Shown here: one piece after another, positions 34,233-43,369 of the stretch | How the letters are laid out: every line of letters begins with the position of its first letter | How positions within the stretch are numbered: the stretch's first letter is position 1 | IMG/VR virus record: IMGVR_UViG_3300027278_000003 | Length of the DNA stretch: 64,000 bases | From: a virus | Lineage: Duplodnaviria > Caudoviricetes | Direction: 5' to 3' (one strand) | Notes under the pieces: generated by a model | The model's input: only the letters and a program-made list of their open reading frames with translations | Database searches by the model: none | Told to the model about the DNA's origin: nothing | Program-made: the position numbers and the translations under genes

Positions 34233-35471
34233 ATGTCAGAGAAAAAAGAGTACACGTGTTCGTTTTGTGGGAAACATAAAACAGACATTAAAACATTGAT
34301 TGCAGGACCTGGAATATATATCTGTAATGAATGCGTCGATCTATGTTATGAGATTATACACGATACCAAATCTGATGTTGATACTACACACGTAGACGGC
34401 ATCCCAACGCCTGAGCAAATTAAAGACCATTTGGACAAATACATTATTGGTCAAGATGAAGCTAAGGAAGTGTTGAGCGTTGCCGTCTACAACCATTATA
34501 AGCGTATCAACTCAAAGTCAAAAGATGTCGAACTAGAAAAATCAAACGTGATGGTTATGGGACCGTCTGGTACTGGTAAGACTCTTATTGCAAAATCAAT
34601 CGCAAAATTGCTGGATGTGCCGTTCGCACAGGTGGACGCAACTACTCTAACAGAGAGTGGTTATGTGGGCGAGGACGTTGAAAACGTTATTCAACGTCTA
34701 CTTATGGCAAGTGACTTTGATGTAAAGAAAGCAGAGCGCGGAATTGTGTATATCGATGAAGTCGATAAGAAAGCAAAAAAAGGCGAAAACATTTCAATCA
34801 GTAAGGATGTATCCGGAGAAGGTGTACAGCAAGCATTGCTAAAGATTGTCGAAGGTACTACTGTGCGCGTCCCACCTGGCGGTGGGCGTAAGCATCCGGG
34901 GCAAGATATGATTGAAGTCAAGACTGACGAAATTCTGTTCATTGTCGGTGGGGCTTTTGTTGGTATCGATAAAGTGATTGAAAAGAGACTAGCCACTGGG
35001 GCGTCTATTGGTTTCGGTGCAGATGTTAAAACTCCATCAGACAGTAAAGTCAACATTCGTGAAAATGTAACTCCACAAGATGTTATCAAATATGGTATGA
35101 TTCCAGAATTCATGGGACGTTTCCCAATCGTAGTTGGACTTGATCCACTCAACGCAGAACAACTTGTTCGGGTTCTAACTGAGCCAAAGAACAATCTAGT
35201 AAGTCAGTTTAAACGTCTTTTTGATCTAGACAATGTTGAACTAGAATTTACACCAGAATCACTACAAGCAATCGCAGACAATGCTGTCGAAAACAAAACT
35301 GGCGCCAGAGGACTTCGTAGTGTAATTGAGAAGGCGCTACTTAAAATTCAATTTAAACTTCCGACACTAGCCAAAGATGGTCTAGAAAAAGTCGTAGTCA
35401 CACAGGAATTCATTCAACATGGTGGTGATCCTGTGCTAGTATTCAAGCAAGAAAAGGAAATGCAAAAATAA
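34233..35471 (+). CDS. clpX: ATP-dependent Clp protease ATP-binding subunit ClpX
   Basis: CSFCGK..CNECVDLC Zn finger, GPSGTGKT, TESGYVGEDVEN, RDV-like SKDVSGEGVQQ, GARGLRS. Confidence 0.97.
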   Translation: MSEKKEYTCSFCGKHKTDIKTLIAGPGIYICNECVDLCYEIIHDTKSDVDTTHVDGIPTPEQIKDHLDKYIIGQDEAKEVLSVAVYNHYKRINSKSKDVELEKSNVMVMGPSGTGKTLIAKSIAKLLDVPFAQVDATTLTESGYVGEDVENVIQRLLMASDFDVKKAERGIVYIDEVDKKAKKGENISISKDVSGEGVQQALLKIVEGTTVRVPPGGGRKHPGQDMIEVKTDEILFIVGGAFVGIDKVIEKRLATGASIGFGADVKTPSDSKVNIRENVTPQDVIKYGMIPEFMGRFPIVVGLDPLNAEQLVRVLTEPKNNLVSQFKRLFDLDNVELEFTPESLQAIADNAVENKTGARGLRSVIEKALLKIQFKLPTLAKDGLEKVVVTQEFIQHGGDPVLVFKQEKEMQK

Positions 35472-35476
35472 TTACT

Positions 35477-36019
35477 ATGGATAAGTACAATCGTGGATCG
35501 CGCGGCAATGATCAACCCATTGCAAACGAGCGCATTAGATACAATGAGTTAAGAGTTGTCGGTGATGATAATGAACAACTTGGGATTATGTCAAAGCGTG
35601 ACGCGCTTGATCTAGCGATGCAACAGGACAAAGACTTGGTAATAATTACCGAAAAAAGTAGTCCTCCCGTAGCAAGAATTGTTGATTTGAATAAATATAA
35701 CTACGAACTTAAAAAGCGTGAAAAGGAAGCCGCTAAAAAGGCAAGAGAGAACGCTATTGAGATTAAGGAAGTAAAATTCAGACCCGGCATCGGTGAACAT
35801 GATTTGGATATTAAAGTAAAACAAATCGCTAAGTTTATTGAGAAGGGTGCAAAAGTAAAAATAACAGTCCAGCTTAGAGGCAGAGAAATCACCAAAGGAA
35901 ATGAGGTTAAAGCTAATCTCGTGTCAGAGTTTTCTGTACGTCTAACTGGATTTAAGTATGAGCAAGTACTAACTCAAGCAGGCAATAGAATAACAGGTGT
36001 AATTATAAAAGATGTCTAA
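35477..36019 (+). CDS. infC: Translation initiation factor IF-3
   Basis: NERIR..VGDDNEQLGI..PPVARI, KEVKFRPGIGEHD, LRGRE. Confidence 0.93.
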   Translation: MDKYNRGSRGNDQPIANERIRYNELRVVGDDNEQLGIMSKRDALDLAMQQDKDLVIITEKSSPPVARIVDLNKYNYELKKREKEAAKKARENAIEIKEVKFRPGIGEHDLDIKVKQIAKFIEKGAKVKITVQLRGREITKGNEVKANLVSEFSVRLTGFKYEQVLTQAGNRITGVIIKDV

Positions 36020-36260
36020 ACACTATCAAAAAGGTAACGACGAAGATCGTTTCGCGAAGTCAGGCACCACAGTAAGTGTTCGTGGTGGTAATATAGAAAA
36101 AGCAATCAGACGCTTTAAGAAAAAATGCGTCGAAGAAAATATCGTGATGGAATATCGCGAAAGACAGCATTATGTTGGTGGTTCAGAGAAACGCCGCACA
36201 GCAAAGGAAGCTGGCCGTCAACGCTGGTTGCGTACATTACGTGAAATGTCACGCTGGTAA
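36012..36260 (+). CDS. rpsU: 30S ribosomal protein bS21
   Basis: VSVRGGNIEKAIRRFKKK..EYRERQHY..SEKRR. Confidence 0.88.
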   Translation: MSKHYQKGNDEDRFAKSGTTVSVRGGNIEKAIRRFKKKCVEENIVMEYRERQHYVGGSEKRRTAKEAGRQRWLRTLREMSRW

Positions 36261-36261
36261 A

Positions 36262-36288
36262 AAATAAGAGGGCGGTGCCCTCTTATTT
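36262..36288. terminator. Bidirectional terminator
   Basis: AAATAAGAGGGC-GGT-GCCCTCTTATTT between convergent genes. Confidence 0.85.
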
Positions 36289-36311
36289 AATTTAACGATG
36301 GGAAGATTTTA

Positions 36312-36605
36312 TTACAAATCTTCTTTGGTTATGTAAATTGCGACATTATCCACATCGCTAAACACTGGATCTCCGTGCAACTCGTTTTCTGCTTCCAAAC
36401 CATCTTGCCTAGTATTGTAGATTACTTCTGTGATTAAGCATAACTTGTCGTCAGATAGTTTTATGTTATACGCAATACCTCTACGTATGCTAAGATCATG
36501 TAAAAACTGGTAATAGTTTCTGAGACCGTTATTGTCGATAAAATCGTCGGCTGATGAATGTTCTCTGATTAATCGTGGATAATATTTAAGTGTTTGCTTG
36601 TACAT
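36312..36605 (-). CDS. Hypothetical protein
   Basis: GGAG RBS and GATAAATA (36634-36641, minus strand) upstream. Confidence 0.6.
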   Translation of the reverse strand: MYKQTLKYYPRLIREHSSADDFIDNNGLRNYYQFLHDLSIRRGIAYNIKLSDDKLCLITEVIYNTRQDGLEAENELHGDPVFSDVDNVAIYITKEDL

Positions 36606-36662
36606 ATTTTACTCCATGGTGTATTATATAATATATTTATCTAAAATTAAAAGGATTGCGTA

Positions 36663-36902
36663 ATGACAATTGATGTTGAAACACTAGACTTGCGAACACT
36701 ACAGCGTGAAGCAACTAGAGCATTAATGACAATGGATAGTACCAGTCATGGTATTTCAAAGTTTAACAAAATGGCACATCATAATTCTCAGTTATGGTAT
36801 AAAGCAGTAGTACAGCATTATATTGATGAACATGGTGGATTACCAAAAGATATTGGTCCAGCAAAAAATATTGTACTTTTTTCTGAAAAACTTGGTGTAT
36901 GA
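36663..36902 (+). CDS. Hypothetical protein
   Basis: AAGGA RBS, ORF. Confidence 0.7.
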   Translation: MTIDVETLDLRTLQREATRALMTMDSTSHGISKFNKMAHHNSQLWYKAVVQHYIDEHGGLPKDIGPAKNIVLFSEKLGV

Positions 36903-36917
36903 TACTTGACATTTTGA

Positions 36918-36925
36918 GATAAATA
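36918..36925 (+). promoter_or_regulatory. GATAAATA late motif embedded in a TTGACA-type promoter
   Basis: TTGACATTTTGAGATAAATACACTATATT. Confidence 0.5.
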
Positions 36926-36956
36926 CACTATATTAAAATTCAAAGGAGTAATTTGA

Positions 36957-37490
36957 ATGGCACAAGTACAAGAAGCATCATTGTCACGTGTTTGGCAACA
37001 TGCCAAGTCAGACAGACCTATCGCACTACTGACTGCGTTCCGTGGCGAGTATGGTCGTGAAGAAAATATACAACGTAACAAAGCACTAGCAGCGACTATT
37101 CGCAAACTAGGTTACGGCTTCTTCTTCGTAGATGGTTACTGGATTGAAAATCAAGGCACCGACAATGAAGTACATGTGTCAGAGGATTCACTTTTCGTTA
37201 TTGCTCCAGAGGGAACAGACGAAAAGTTTCGTCAACAGATGATTGAACTTGGTGGTAAGTACAATCAAGACGGCGTGCTAGTCAAAGATAAAGATGGTGC
37301 AAAAGTCTATGATAAATCTGGTGGCGTAATGTTTGACGTGGGTACACTATCACCAGGCAAAGCGGGTGAAATGTACACCAAGTTGCGTAACAACAAAAAG
37401 TCAAACACTTTTGTTTTTGAAGGCGAACGTGATGATACAGGCTTCATCGGTCGTCTACAAAAACTTGCAGGTGTTGCTAAGGATCAGTGA
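36957..37490 (+). CDS. Hypothetical protein (DUF3293-like)
   Basis: EASLSRVWQH..IALLTAFRGE..YNQDGVL. Confidence 0.65.
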   Translation: MAQVQEASLSRVWQHAKSDRPIALLTAFRGEYGREENIQRNKALAATIRKLGYGFFFVDGYWIENQGTDNEVHVSEDSLFVIAPEGTDEKFRQQMIELGGKYNQDGVLVKDKDGAKVYDKSGGVMFDVGTLSPGKAGEMYTKLRNNKKSNTFVFEGERDDTGFIGRLQKLAGVAKDQ

Positions 37491-37581
37491 CACTTGACAA
37501 TTATGTGCAGCAACCAAAAGTTTGATGCACACGGGTTGCCAAATGGGACCCATCATTCTTGCTTATTAAAGGAGAAACAAC

Positions 37582-37998
37582 ATGACAAGAATTACAACAC
37601 TAAACCTTCCTGATTTTCACCGCTCACTAGTAGGATTTGATCGTCTAGTTGAGGATTTCACAAATCTTAACAACAGTGGATACCCTCCATATAATGTTGA
37701 GACAGTGGGTGAAACACAATATCAAATTACATTGGCACTTGCAGGATTCAAACGTGATGAATTGAACATCACTGTAAAAGAAGGCCTGTTGACAATCGAA
37801 GGCAACAAAGCAGAAGTCGAGTCAGAAGACCGCAAGTATTTGCATCGCGGCATCGCAAATCGTAACTTCACACGTTCTTGGAAACTTGCAGAGTACGTAG
37901 AAGTTCTAGATGCAACTATGGAAGATGGTATGCTTTATGTACTTCTAGAGCGTAAAGTTCCAGAAGCAAAAATGCCTAAACGTATTGACATTCGCTAA
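37582..37998 (+). CDS. ibpA: Small heat-shock protein Hsp20 (IbpA-like)
   Basis: SGYPPYNVE, LALAGF, YLHRGIANRNFTRSW, MEDGMLYVLLER. Confidence 0.95.
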   Translation: MTRITTLNLPDFHRSLVGFDRLVEDFTNLNNSGYPPYNVETVGETQYQITLALAGFKRDELNITVKEGLLTIEGNKAEVESEDRKYLHRGIANRNFTRSWKLAEYVEVLDATMEDGMLYVLLERKVPEAKMPKRIDIR

Positions 37999-38018
37999 AT
38001 GTTTTGATATACTACAGG

Positions 38019-38046
38019 GAGAGGAGAGCAATTCTCCTCTCTTTTT
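38019..38046 (+). terminator. Rho-independent terminator
   Basis: GAGAGGAGA-GCAAT-TCTCCTCTC-TTTTT. Confidence 0.85.
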
Positions 38047-38086
38047 GATAAATATGTTACCAACACGAAACGGATTAAATTCAAAC

Positions 38087-38410
38087 ATGTCAATTATAGA
38101 CTCACAAAGCGAATCAAAGGTATCAGTAAGCAGCCATTCGCTAATTTCAATCGATGAACCAAAGCGTTATTATGTATTCATGCATAATGATGATAAAACA
38201 CCTTTTGATTTTGTTATTGATGTTCTGATTGAATTGTATAGACACGATGAACAAACTGCCGCAGATTTGGCAAATAAAATTCACGTAGAACAACGTGCAA
38301 TTGTTGGTATGTACAATCTCGAAATCGCAGAACAAAAAGTTGAAGAAACAGTTAGAGTTGCAAGAGCAAACAACTATCCATTAGCAGTTACATTGGAACT
38401 CGCAGACTAA
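38087..38410 (+). CDS. clpS: Clp protease adaptor ClpS
   Basis: YVFMHNDDKTPFDFVIDVL..IHVEQRAIVG..EIAEQK..YPL; start uncertain (38054 or 38087). Confidence 0.9.
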   Translation: MSIIDSQSESKVSVSSHSLISIDEPKRYYVFMHNDDKTPFDFVIDVLIELYRHDEQTAADLANKIHVEQRAIVGMYNLEIAEQKVEETVRVARANNYPLAVTLELAD

Positions 38411-38420
38411 CGAGGTATAA

Positions 38421-39134
38421 ATGACAGTAGGTGTAATCTCGGCTATTCCCGAGGAATACTCAAAACTAGAGTGGGATTCCCCACCGCGCACAGAAACAAT
38501 CAATACAAAAATATTTCAATTTGGATCCATTAATGGAGTCGAGGTTGTAGCAGCAGAAAGTGGCATTGGTAAAGTAAATGCCTCCATGACTACTAGCCTG
38601 CTATTGGGGCACTTTAATTGCACTAGTATTGCATTTAGTGGTGTTGCAGGTGGAGTTAATCCAAAATATAAAATTGGCGATGTCATTGTTGCAGAACAAC
38701 TTATTCAACACGACTACGGTGCAATTGTCGAAGGGCAATTGATCAGTGCCATTCCTGGAAGTTTCCCATCACTGACAGATGATGATACAGATGTTGCATA
38801 TAAAATGTCTCCAGAATTACGCGCAGCAATCAAGTCACAAGTTGGCGATCTAGTACACTTTGGTAGAGTTATCACTGGTGATACATATCTTGCGTGTAGC
38901 GACACACGTTCTATGTTCTTTAAACAATTCAAAGCAGATGCAGTCGAAATGGAAGGTGCTGCAATCGCACAAGTGTGTTGCAACTGGCACAAGCCATTCG
39001 TAGTTGTTCGCGTATTGAGTGATCTTGCGGGTGATGAATCACATATTGACTTTGACGATTTCGTTGATGACAGTAGTAAGAAAGCAGCAAACATTGTGAA
39101 GCGTTTGCTACCGGTACTTGACGCATGGGAATAG
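38421..39134 (+). CDS. mtnN: 5'-methylthioadenosine/S-adenosylhomocysteine nucleosidase
   Basis: SGIGKVNAS, SGVAGG, GDTY, AVEMEGAAIAQV, VRVLSDLAG. Confidence 0.93.
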   Translation: MTVGVISAIPEEYSKLEWDSPPRTETINTKIFQFGSINGVEVVAAESGIGKVNASMTTSLLLGHFNCTSIAFSGVAGGVNPKYKIGDVIVAEQLIQHDYGAIVEGQLISAIPGSFPSLTDDDTDVAYKMSPELRAAIKSQVGDLVHFGRVITGDTYLACSDTRSMFFKQFKADAVEMEGAAIAQVCCNWHKPFVVVRVLSDLAGDESHIDFDDFVDDSSKKAANIVKRLLPVLDAWE

Positions 39135-39586
39135 ACAAACCAAATATAGAACGCTTCGAAAACTCTCCGTTTGAAACTAGCGGACAAGAGAAAGTAGAAG
39201 AAAATTTCTACTATGCAGTGTTCAATGACAGATGGCCAGTATGTGACGGTCATCTGTTGTTTGTACCAAAAGAAAATAATATTAAATTTATAACAATGGC
39301 ACTTGAAGCAACTGTTGAATATGGTGACAGACTTCGAAGTGAAGGAAAAATAGACGGATACCATTTTGGAATGAATATCGGTGGTTGCGCAGGACAAACA
39401 GTGATGTGGCCACATATTCATTTTATTCCAAGATATCACGGAGATGTTGATGGATTCCCGGGAAGTGTAAGACTTGCACATCGAAATGGTCGCGGTGCAA
39501 AATACTACATGGAACATCCTGATTACAAAGACGAATATATTGAAAAGCATAAAGAACACACAACCATAAAAGGATTTAAGGAATGA
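39125..39586 (+). CDS. HIT family hydrolase
   Basis: PVCDGHLLFVPK, AGQTVMWPHIHFIPR. Confidence 0.88.
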   Translation: MGIDKPNIERFENSPFETSGQEKVEENFYYAVFNDRWPVCDGHLLFVPKENNIKFITMALEATVEYGDRLRSEGKIDGYHFGMNIGGCAGQTVMWPHIHFIPRYHGDVDGFPGSVRLAHRNGRGAKYYMEHPDYKDEYIEKHKEHTTIKGFKE

Positions 39587-40989
39587 GCTACGAAACAAAC
39601 TCTGCGATTGTTGTGCTATACGATTCGAAAGAATTTAAAGCACTTGATAAGAAAACTTCTGGTCAGCTATCAAGTGTTGCAAAGATGAAGAAGTTTGATG
39701 AAAATGAAACTGCGGAAGTTACAATTTCATTCCCATCAAAAGTAAATGTTGATAGCATTACTGTTGTAAAAACTAATGCAACATCGGACCAAGACTGGCG
39801 AGATTTCGGCGGTAAGTATGCAAAAGCATATAAAGGAAAAGCAGACAATCTTTACTTTGATATCGACGGTTCTCACAATGAAAGCATTTATGAAGGCGCA
39901 ATGCTGGCACTTTATACTTTCAACAAATACAAAACTGTAAAGAAGGATGATGCAAACCTTGCAGTGCATATTGATGCAGTCGAGGAACACTCAATTCACG
40001 AAAGTGTTTATTTTGCACGTGATCTAATTACAGAACCCGGTAATGTATTATATCCGGCAGAATACGCGCAACGTATTAATGACACTCTTACTCCGCTAGG
40101 TGTAAATGTTCGCATCTTCCACCAGTCACAATTGGAATCTATGGGTTTTGATTTGCTACTAAGCGTTGGCCAAGGATCGACAAAAGACAGTTATGTAGTT
40201 GTGATGGAATGGCTAAATGGTGGCGATGAACGCCCAACTGCACTTGTTGGTAAAGGTGTATGTTTTGACACTGGCGGTATCAGCATCAAGCCTAGTGCAG
40301 GTATGGGTGATATGAAATATGACATGGGTGGTTCTGGTGCAGTAGTTGGCGCAATGCACGCCATTGCATCGCACGACATTCAGTCAAACGTAGTTGGTAT
40401 TGTAGGTCTTGTTGAAAACATGCCAGACGGTAATGCAGTGAAGCCGGGTGACGTTGTGACTTCTCTATCGGGTATGACTGTAGAAAATCTAAACACCGAT
40501 GCAGAAGGTCGCCTAGTTCTTGCAGACATTCTAACATACATTCAACGCGAATACGATCCTAGCCGAATTGTTGATCTAGCAACACTAACTGGTGCGATTG
40601 TAGTTTCACTTGGTGAGGAAGCGGCTGGCTTGTTCACAAACTCAACCTCATGGGGCGAAGCAGTTAAATCAGCAGGTAAAAAATCTGGCGAAGATTACTG
40701 GCGTATGCCAATGGGTAAAAACTGGAACGCGATGATTGATAGTGATATCGCAGATATGAAAAACATCGGCGGTGGGCGTAACGGTGGTTCAACAACTGCG
40801 GCAGAGTTCTTATATCGTTTCGTAGATAAAGAACGTGCCTGGGCGCACCTAGACATTGCAGGTGTGTGCTGGGATGCAAAGGGTAAAGTAACTGTTCCTG
40901 CTGGTGCAGTGGGATTCGGCGTTCGCACGTTATTCAATCTTGTGCAAGACACAACAGAACATTCAATTGACGAAGATATGAAGTATTAA
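39583..40989 (+). CDS. pepA: M17 leucyl aminopeptidase
   Basis: VGKGVCFDTGG, MKYDMGG, NTDAEGRL, DLATLTGA, WAHLDIAG. Confidence 0.96.
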   Translation: MSYETNSAIVVLYDSKEFKALDKKTSGQLSSVAKMKKFDENETAEVTISFPSKVNVDSITVVKTNATSDQDWRDFGGKYAKAYKGKADNLYFDIDGSHNESIYEGAMLALYTFNKYKTVKKDDANLAVHIDAVEEHSIHESVYFARDLITEPGNVLYPAEYAQRINDTLTPLGVNVRIFHQSQLESMGFDLLLSVGQGSTKDSYVVVMEWLNGGDERPTALVGKGVCFDTGGISIKPSAGMGDMKYDMGGSGAVVGAMHAIASHDIQSNVVGIVGLVENMPDGNAVKPGDVVTSLSGMTVENLNTDAEGRLVLADILTYIQREYDPSRIVDLATLTGAIVVSLGEEAAGLFTNSTSWGEAVKSAGKKSGEDYWRMPMGKNWNAMIDSDIADMKNIGGGRNGGSTTAAEFLYRFVDKERAWAHLDIAGVCWDAKGKVTVPAGAVGFGVRTLFNLVQDTTEHSIDEDMKY

Positions 40990-41264
40990 TGGGTGCTAGG
41001 TTCTACAAAGAAAATCAATACATTGATCAGTTTATCAGTACCTTTGATTTTGTTGTAGACCTAGAAACATCTGGTATATCAAGTACAATTGTAGACTATT
41101 GTGATGAAACATATGGAAGTGCCAATCCCAATTGGCACTTCAAACATTTAGACAAAGACACATCGAAAGTATTTGTAAGTTTTAAAAATGAAAATGATGC
41201 TTTTGAGTTTTGGTGGTGGTATCAAATAAATGGAAACGAAAATATATTCAACATGCCAACGTAG
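40989..41264 (+). CDS. Hypothetical protein
   Basis: TAATG coupling. Confidence 0.6.
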   Translation: MGARFYKENQYIDQFISTFDFVVDLETSGISSTIVDYCDETYGSANPNWHFKHLDKDTSKVFVSFKNENDAFEFWWWYQINGNENIFNMPT

Positions 41265-41736
41265 AGGATATGAATTGACTGACATTCAAATCTGGGAAGT
41301 TACTAAAGGCAGAGAACACTTGGGGTACGAGCGGTTCGGAGAACCATGTGATCCGCCCCAATACATACAAACTGACCCAACTGAACATGAACGAATTCTT
41401 CCAAAAGGTGCAACAGTAATTGCGCAAAGGTTTACTAAAGTGACAAAAACTACAGGTAATATTGTCGAACAAGTAGCAGCACTCGTAGAAGAAAATGAAA
41501 GATTAAAAGCACAAGTAGCAGAACTAAAGAAACAACCAAAAGGGCCAGATGTTGAATTATTTGACAGATGGCGACTTGAATACAGTTGGAAAGGATCTGC
41601 TGGAGACATTGTGCAAGAATGGGGATTTCATAGTTCTAAATCAGCAACAGAACGAATGGAACGAATACAAGAAATGTGCAAAGATTTCAAGTTCGATGAC
41701 GTAAGAGCAGTCCCATATAAAACTAACGAATCATAA
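41230..41736 (+). CDS. Hypothetical protein (start uncertain)
   Basis: ORF in operon. Confidence 0.6.
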   Translation: METKIYSTCQRRGYELTDIQIWEVTKGREHLGYERFGEPCDPPQYIQTDPTEHERILPKGATVIAQRFTKVTKTTGNIVEQVAALVEENERLKAQVAELKKQPKGPDVELFDRWRLEYSWKGSAGDIVQEWGFHSSKSATERMERIQEMCKDFKFDDVRAVPYKTNES

Positions 41737-41758
41737 CACACACACACGGAGAAATATT

Positions 41759-42286
41759 ATGACTAAAGTAGGAACTCACGTCCCAAACGTGACATTCAAA
41801 ACACGTGTCCGCGATGAAAGTATTGCAGGGCCAAACCCATATCGTTGGCAAGATGTAACAACAGCAGACTATTTTGCTGGTAAACGTGTGGTAGTATTTT
41901 CACTACCTGGCGCATTTACACCAACTTGTTCAACATATCAGCTACCTGGCTTTGAATCTATGCAGCCAGAATTTAAAGAAAAAGGCATTGACGAAATCTA
42001 TTGTGTAAGTGTTAATGATGCATTCGTTATGAACAAATGGGCAAAAGATCAGTGCGTAGAGCGTGTAAAAGTTATCCCAGACGGCAACGGTGAATTCACT
42101 GAAGGCTTGGATATGCTTGTAAACAAAAAGCACCTTGGCTTTGGCTACCGTAGCTGGCGATATGCAATGATTGTTGATGATGGTGTAATCACACATTGGT
42201 TCGAAGAACCCGGCAAGAATCAAACTGGTGCAGACACGGATCCATATGGCGAAACATCACCTGAGAATGTAATCGCTGTACTATAA
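41759..42286 (+). CDS. Peroxiredoxin (Prx5/redoxin type)
   Basis: FSLPGAFTPTCS, CVSVNDAFVM, DGNGEF, RSWRYAM. Confidence 0.95.
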   Translation: MTKVGTHVPNVTFKTRVRDESIAGPNPYRWQDVTTADYFAGKRVVVFSLPGAFTPTCSTYQLPGFESMQPEFKEKGIDEIYCVSVNDAFVMNKWAKDQCVERVKVIPDGNGEFTEGLDMLVNKKHLGFGYRSWRYAMIVDDGVITHWFEEPGKNQTGADTDPYGETSPENVIAVL

Positions 42287-42305
42287 TAATTGAAATATAA
42301 GATAC

Positions 42306-42330
42306 AAAGCGGGGCAATGCTCCGCTTTTT
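42306..42330 (+). terminator. Rho-independent terminator
   Basis: AAAGCGGGGC-AAT-GCTCCGCTTT-TT. Confidence 0.8.
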
Positions 42331-42339
42331 CCATATGCA

Positions 42340-42347
42340 GATAAATA
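42340..42347 (+). promoter_or_regulatory. Putative late promoter GATAAATA
   Basis: Upstream of lipase-nuclease-endolysin block. Confidence 0.55.
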
Positions 42348-42371
42348 CCACAGAGTTGAGGAGGTACTGCT

Positions 42372-43361
42372 ATGGTATGGTTAATACAATACTTGTTGCG
42401 GTGGTTTGTGCAAGGATGGATTATTGCACAACTTGCAAAAGCGGCGCGGAGATGGCTGGTAGGTAAATACGCACTAGACGAAACATTTCAGCAGAGTTTC
42501 ACAAAAGACCATGAACCTGATTGGAATACAATACGATGGTTTGCAGAGTTCGCGAGATACGCATACAAACGAGACCATTCAGTTATTAAACAACAGTATC
42601 AAGGTTATGACATTGTTTACGTTAATACGATAAACAAAATACAATATATCCTTCTAGCGGATCAAAGTAACAAAGTTTACTATATTGCTATTCGTGGAAC
42701 GGATAATTCGCATAACGCGTTACAAGACATTCATTTTCTAAAAGACAAAAGTTTCAGATTGGGCATAGAATTGCACACTGGATTTCACAGAACTGCGGAA
42801 ATGATTGCAGACGATTTATTAAGTCGTATGGATAAAACATGGACTTCATATATCACTGGTCATAGTTTGGGCGGCGCATCTGCATTAATCGTTGCATGGT
42901 ATCTAGATTACAGTGGACATAATATTTCTGAATGTATAACTTTTGGTCAACCTAAAGTTACTGACTCGCATGGTGTTCGTAAAATGCGCGGAAAAATTAA
43001 GTTGACACGTGTAGTCAATGAAACTGACGTTGTTGCTCTTATACCGCCAGCTGGTACGCATATGAACAGATATGCACATAATGGTGAATTGATAAAGTTG
43101 CTTGATCATGGAAAGTATTGCTTCTTGGAAGAACCAGATAGTTTGAACTTTGGTGTAAACAGTTTCTGGTTGTGGAGTGCAAGAGAAAGTTTCTCATTCT
43201 ATGAAATGGGAAAAGAATTACCAGATCACTACATGGACAGTTATCTAGAAAATATTGATAAAATCACCGAAAACGGAGAAGAAGTTCCGTGGGCAGATAG
43301 ATTGCAATATATTGAAGATGGTGGCATTCTGGGTGAATGGGAATACAAAAAATATAAGTGA
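42372..43361 (+). CDS. Class 3 lipase (alpha/beta hydrolase)
   Basis: IAIRGT, LHTGF, ITGHSLGG, TFGQPKV, VNETDVV, H in PDHYM. Confidence 0.88.
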   Translation: MVWLIQYLLRWFVQGWIIAQLAKAARRWLVGKYALDETFQQSFTKDHEPDWNTIRWFAEFARYAYKRDHSVIKQQYQGYDIVYVNTINKIQYILLADQSNKVYYIAIRGTDNSHNALQDIHFLKDKSFRLGIELHTGFHRTAEMIADDLLSRMDKTWTSYITGHSLGGASALIVAWYLDYSGHNISECITFGQPKVTDSHGVRKMRGKIKLTRVVNETDVVALIPPAGTHMNRYAHNGELIKLLDHGKYCFLEEPDSLNFGVNSFWLWSARESFSFYEMGKELPDHYMDSYLENIDKITENGEEVPWADRLQYIEDGGILGEWEYKKYK

Positions 43362-43369
43362 GATAATTT

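Noticed and set aside
38714-39598. Long 294-aa minus-strand ORF
   Set aside because: Antisense shadow of mtnN and HIT with non-protein-like composition
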